From positions 128,001 through 192,000 of the forward strand of contig CAXXET010000004.1 of NCBI GenBank assembly GCA_963666115.2: 64,000 nt of DNA, given 5' to 3'. Below the pieces are notes generated by a model, which saw only the letters and a list, made by a program, of their open reading frames with translations, had not been told where the DNA came from and did no database searches. How positions within the stretch are numbered: the first letter of the stretch is position 1; every line of letters starts with the position of its first letter. This DNA comes from Dehalococcoidia bacterium (GTDB lineage Bacteria > Chloroflexota > Dehalococcoidia > UBA6926). Positions 60,772 through 64,000 of the stretch are shown here, piece after piece. The position numbers and the translations under genes are program-made.

Positions 60772-60847
60772 TGGTGCCCCCAAGGGGACTCGAACCCCTG
60801 TCGGCGGCTTGAAGGGCCGCAGTCCTGGGCCACTAGACGATGGGGGC
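60772..60847 (-). tRNA. tRNA-Glu(TTC) with C at position 33
   Basis: Acceptor stem GCCCCCA/TGGGGGC-A-CCA; anticodon arm GCGGC-CCTTCAA-GCCGC. Confidence 0.9.
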
Positions 60848-60918
60848 AGGGCACAGTCGCCTCCTCCACTATAGCCATAACACGCCATCCTTGCCGCATC
60901 CACGATAATGGATACACC

Positions 60919-61557
60919 ATGAAAAACCGCCCCATCTCCGTCTTCCTACGCTCCCTCGGCGTCTCCGGCGCCGAGCAGCAGACCGTCGCGCGCGCCGTCC
61001 TCGAAGACGAAAGCTTCACCAACCCCCGCAAGACCAACATGGCCGTCGAGAAAGAACCCGCCGCCGAGGACGCCCTCCGCCGCCGTCTCGCATTCCACTG
61101 CGCCACTACCACGTGCAGCGACACGCTCGAACTCGACGAGATCGACGCCGAATCCCCGCGCCAACTCCTCCTCGTCGAGCGCGAAGCCTGCGAAGTATGC
61201 GGCGGGTCCTCCGACCGGCGCGCCCTCAACGAAATGGCAACCGCCATGACCGCCGCCGGTCTCGCGCGTGCAGTCGTCGTTGGCGGCACAGACCAAAAAG
61301 CCGCCCGGATACTCGAACTCAGCCCGCCGTCCCTCCAATGGCGATTCGTCGATGGACTGGGACACGTCAACCAACGCGACGCGGACAGCGATCTCAGGTG
61401 GGGCGACGTCATCCTCATCTGGGCGCGCACTCCTGCCCTCCACCGCGTCACCAATCTCTACGACGGCCCCCGCACCATCACCGTCCCCACAACCGGCATC
61501 ACCGCCCTCGCCCGCGAGGCCGCCGAATTCGCCCGCCGCCAAAACCGCCGGCGCTGA
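60919..61557 (+). CDS. Hypothetical protein with Cys motifs and an alpha/beta C-terminal domain
   Basis: HCATTTC and CEVCGG; AVVVGG...DVILIW..H. Confidence 0.6.
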   Translation: MKNRPISVFLRSLGVSGAEQQTVARAVLEDESFTNPRKTNMAVEKEPAAEDALRRRLAFHCATTTCSDTLELDEIDAESPRQLLLVEREACEVCGGSSDRRALNEMATAMTAAGLARAVVVGGTDQKAARILELSPPSLQWRFVDGLGHVNQRDADSDLRWGDVILIWARTPALHRVTNLYDGPRTITVPTTGITALAREAAEFARRQNRRR

Positions 61558-61566
61558 ATTGCCGCC

Positions 61567-62190
61567 CTACCCCGCCCCATCGCCAACCGCAAAAAACGCC
61601 TGATCCCCAACCGCGAACCCGTATTCCGCCGCCAGCCCCGCGTTGATCTCCAGCGCGTACTGCGCCGGCGCCGCGCTCGGATACGTCCGCAGTTCAGAAG
61701 CCGGTACCCCCGGCTGCGGAACCATCGTTTGAATATCCACCACCACGCCTGCCGAATCCATGTACAGGATGTCCAGCGGTATCAGCGTATTCTTCATCCA
61801 GAAGCTGAGCGTGTATGCCGAATCGAACACGAACAGCATCCCCGCATCCTCAGCCAGGCTCTCGCGATGCATCAAGCCGAGCGCCCGCTCCTCCGCCGTG
61901 TCCGCAATCTCCAGGCCAAAGACGTGACCCTTCAATGACATCCGCCGGATTAACGCCGCGTCCTCCACGTCATCAATCGCCAGGAATCCCTCATCGAGCG
62001 GCGACGGCGTGGACGTTGGCGAAGGCGTGGACGTTACGGTCGCGGTAGCGGTCGCCGTCAGCGTGGGGGTTGGCGTCGCCGTAGCAGTCGCCGCATCCTC
62101 CCCCGCACACCCCGAAAACGCCAGCAGCCCAAGCGCCCCCACAGCGCCCACGCCAAAAACCCAACGAAGACCGCTCATCCCCCCAAGCAT
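61567..62190 (-). CDS. DUF192 (UPF0127) lipoprotein
   Basis: Lipobox FSGC, Thr/Pro linker, EIADT.EERALGLM.R, GMLFVF, FWMKNTLIPLDI, ALEINAG. Confidence 0.88.
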   Translation of the reverse strand: MLGGMSGLRWVFGVGAVGALGLLAFSGCAGEDAATATATPTPTLTATATATVTSTPSPTSTPSPLDEGFLAIDDVEDAALIRRMSLKGHVFGLEIADTAEERALGLMHRESLAEDAGMLFVFDSAYTLSFWMKNTLIPLDILYMDSAGVVVDIQTMVPQPGVPASELRTYPSAAPAQYALEINAGLAAEYGFAVGDQAFFAVGDGAG

Positions 62191-62242
62191 ACAAGCCCCC
62201 CCGCCCCTCCTTTGGTAAACTTGAACCAACCGTCCTCCGCAA

Positions 62243-62317
62243 GCCAGCGTAGCTCAGGGGTAGAGCAGCGGTTTCGTAAACCGCAGGCCATCGGTTCAAA
62301 TCCGATCGCTGGCTCCA
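62243..62317 (+). tRNA. tRNA-Thr(CGT)
   Basis: Acceptor stem GCCAGCG/CGCTGGC-T-CCA; anticodon arm GCGGT-TTCGTAA-ACCGC. Confidence 0.95.
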
Positions 62318-62420
62318 CACATCATCTCCCCAACGTCCCTCACCCCCCGCGAGGCCGCCTCTGTGCCTCACAACGATTGCCCTCAGCATCACGACGCGAA
62401 ATCCTTATGCTAGACTACGG

Positions 62421-63344
62421 ATGGACGCGGCGGGCGCATCCGCCGCGTATCAGCGCGAAAAACGGGATCGGCGCACGTGGGACACCCGGGGGTGGATCGT
62501 TAATACTGACAGCAATGGTATGGCCTCCGCCGACGGCAACGGCGGAGGCGGGCAGCGGCGCAAGAGGGGCACGTTCGTTTCCGTAGAACAGCACGTCCAG
62601 AAAAGCGTCATGGACGGCCTCATTGAACTCGTCCCCCTCCTCGTGACAATCGGCGTCATCGCATTCCTCGTCGGCTACGCCGACGCCCTGATTCGGCCGA
62701 TCATCCAACTGTTGGACCTGCCGACGCTCACCGTCACAGTCGGAGAGTCGGACTTCACCCTGGGCCTTGATTTCTGGGGAATCGGCGCAATCGTCCTTGC
62801 GATCATCTTTTATCTGACCGGCATCCTGATCTCACTGCCGCCTGGCCGCAAGGTAATGAACGGCTTTAGCGCCGTCATGTCCGTGCTGCCCGTTGTCAAG
62901 GTCGTCTTCCGCATGATGAAGCAAGCGATGGCATCCATCGGCAGCAGCAAGACGAACTTCAGCCGCGTCGTCTTCATCGAGTGGCCCCGCGAGGGAATGA
63001 TGGCGCTCGGCTTCGTCACCGGGCGCATCTATTCCCCGGAAACTCATATGACGATGGTCAGCGTCTACATCCCGACGATCCCGAACCCGACGTCCGGCAA
63101 CATGGCCTTCGTCTTTGAGGATGATGTCATCGAAACGAACCTGAACCCCGATGACGCCATGAAGCTGGTCTTCTCCGGCGGCATCGTCCTGCCTGAGACC
63201 GTCAACCTCGCCCGCCTGCCCGCCGACCTTGAGGAGCACCGCGTCTCAGACCTCGTGGGCACATTCAAGACGATGTCCACGCAGGGCGCCGGCGATGAAT
63301 CCGACATGCCCGCAATCTCCCAGGACACGAACCCCAAGTCCTAG
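62421..63344 (+). CDS. DUF502 membrane protein
   Basis: VVFIEWPREG..LGFVTG, VYIPTIPNPTSG, AMKLVFSGG; start uncertain. Confidence 0.85.
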   Translation: MDAAGASAAYQREKRDRRTWDTRGWIVNTDSNGMASADGNGGGGQRRKRGTFVSVEQHVQKSVMDGLIELVPLLVTIGVIAFLVGYADALIRPIIQLLDLPTLTVTVGESDFTLGLDFWGIGAIVLAIIFYLTGILISLPPGRKVMNGFSAVMSVLPVVKVVFRMMKQAMASIGSSKTNFSRVVFIEWPREGMMALGFVTGRIYSPETHMTMVSVYIPTIPNPTSGNMAFVFEDDVIETNLNPDDAMKLVFSGGIVLPETVNLARLPADLEEHRVSDLVGTFKTMSTQGAGDESDMPAISQDTNPKS

Positions 63345-64000
63345 TTGGCCGCGCTCTCCTGCATCTCCGCCATCTCTTCCCCCGTATAGTCCTTCACGGA
63401 CTGTAGCGGGATGTCGATGTACATCTCCGTGTACTCATTCGGCGCTGACTCCACCGAGATCGATCCCCCGTGCCGCTGCACGATGTCGTTCGAAATGGCA
63501 AGGCCCAAGCCCGTCCCCTTCTCAGGCGGCTTCGTCGTGAAGAACGGGTTGAAGATCTTTTCCTTCACCTCGTCCGGCATCCCAACCCCGTTGTCGCGAA
63601 TCGTCACGCGAATCTTGTCCTCCTCGCGCCGCGTCTTGAGCCACAGCATCGGCGTGTAGTCGCCGGTATTCCCTTCCGCAGCCAGGTTCTTGCGGCGCAG
63701 GTCCGTGGCGTAGCACGCGTTCGCCACCATGTTCAGGAACACGCGGCCCAGCTCCTGCGGTATCACCTCCACCGTGCCGATGTTCGGGTCGTAGTCCTCC
63801 TCCGTCGTCAGGTTGAAGTCGGAATCGGTGGCCCGCTGGCTGTGATACGCAAGCCGGTACTGCTGGTCGACAAGCACGTTCATGTCAACCTGCTCCCACT
63901 CGCCCGTGTCCCGCCCAATCTGGAGCATGTCATGGACGATGCGGTTCGCCCGGTCGCCGTGCGACTTGATCCGCCCCAGGTTGTCATGCAGGTCGCCCAC
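63341..64000 (-). CDS. Sensor histidine kinase, C-terminal HATPase part (5' end outside window)
   Basis: N-box VFLNMVANA, DNGVGM, FNPFFTTKP, GTGLGLAIS. Confidence 0.9.
   Translation of the reverse strand: MGDLHDNLGRIKSHGDRANRIVHDMLQIGRDTGEWEQVDMNVLVDQQYRLAYHSQRATDSDFNLTTEEDYDPNIGTVEVIPQELGRVFLNMVANACYATDLRRKNLAAEGNTGDYTPMLWLKTRREEDKIRVTIRDNGVGMPDEVKEKIFNPFFTTKPPEKGTGLGLAISNDIVQRHGGSISVESAPNEYTEMYIDIPLQSVKDYTGEEMAEMQESAAN

Noticed and set aside
60772-60847. tRNA-Sec or opal suppressor reading of CTTCAA
   Set aside because: Stem geometry centres TTC; the 76-nt body has no long variable arm and has Glu-type features.
56200-60850. tRNA-integrated element with att repeats
   Set aside because: I found no duplicate of the tRNA-Glu 3' end at the left border and no integrase.
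61995-62095. Thr/Pro/Ala repeat in the DUF192 gene
   Set aside because: Ordinary lipoprotein linker.

Overview
High-GC bacterial chromosome segment. Gene content (TIGR03662/TIGR03663-like pair, 11-subunit complex I) suggests Chloroflexota, Dehalococcoidia/SAR202-like; this is inference. Housekeeping content: miaB (partial), korAB, ftsY, hisG/D/C/B, birA, a NuoEFG-less complex I operon in the order M-A-B-C-D-H-I-J-K-L-N, tatABC, purC/purS, a MacAB/YknXYZ-like exporter, a CCA-type nucleotidyltransferase, ogg, DinG, and three tRNAs (Ser-GCT, Glu-TTC, Thr-CGT). The most unusual region (35.5-41.7 kb) is a tandem array of seven Yip1-like membrane-protein genes. Five of them share a near-identical promoter/5' leader but mostly have divergent bodies. 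The units are separated by a repeated junction motif and 27-codon 'MFIDP...LAF' mini-ORFs, and one unit is a vapB-like gene plus a collapsed vapC. Also present: a Gabija-like OLD nuclease + UvrD pair near tRNA-Glu, two internally deleted vapC toxins, a Rieske-like protein lacking both His ligands, and REP-like palindromes that supply stop codons. Several genes carry small indels, mostly in homopolymers and probably assembly errors. All calls come from motif recognition by eye; no database searches were run.
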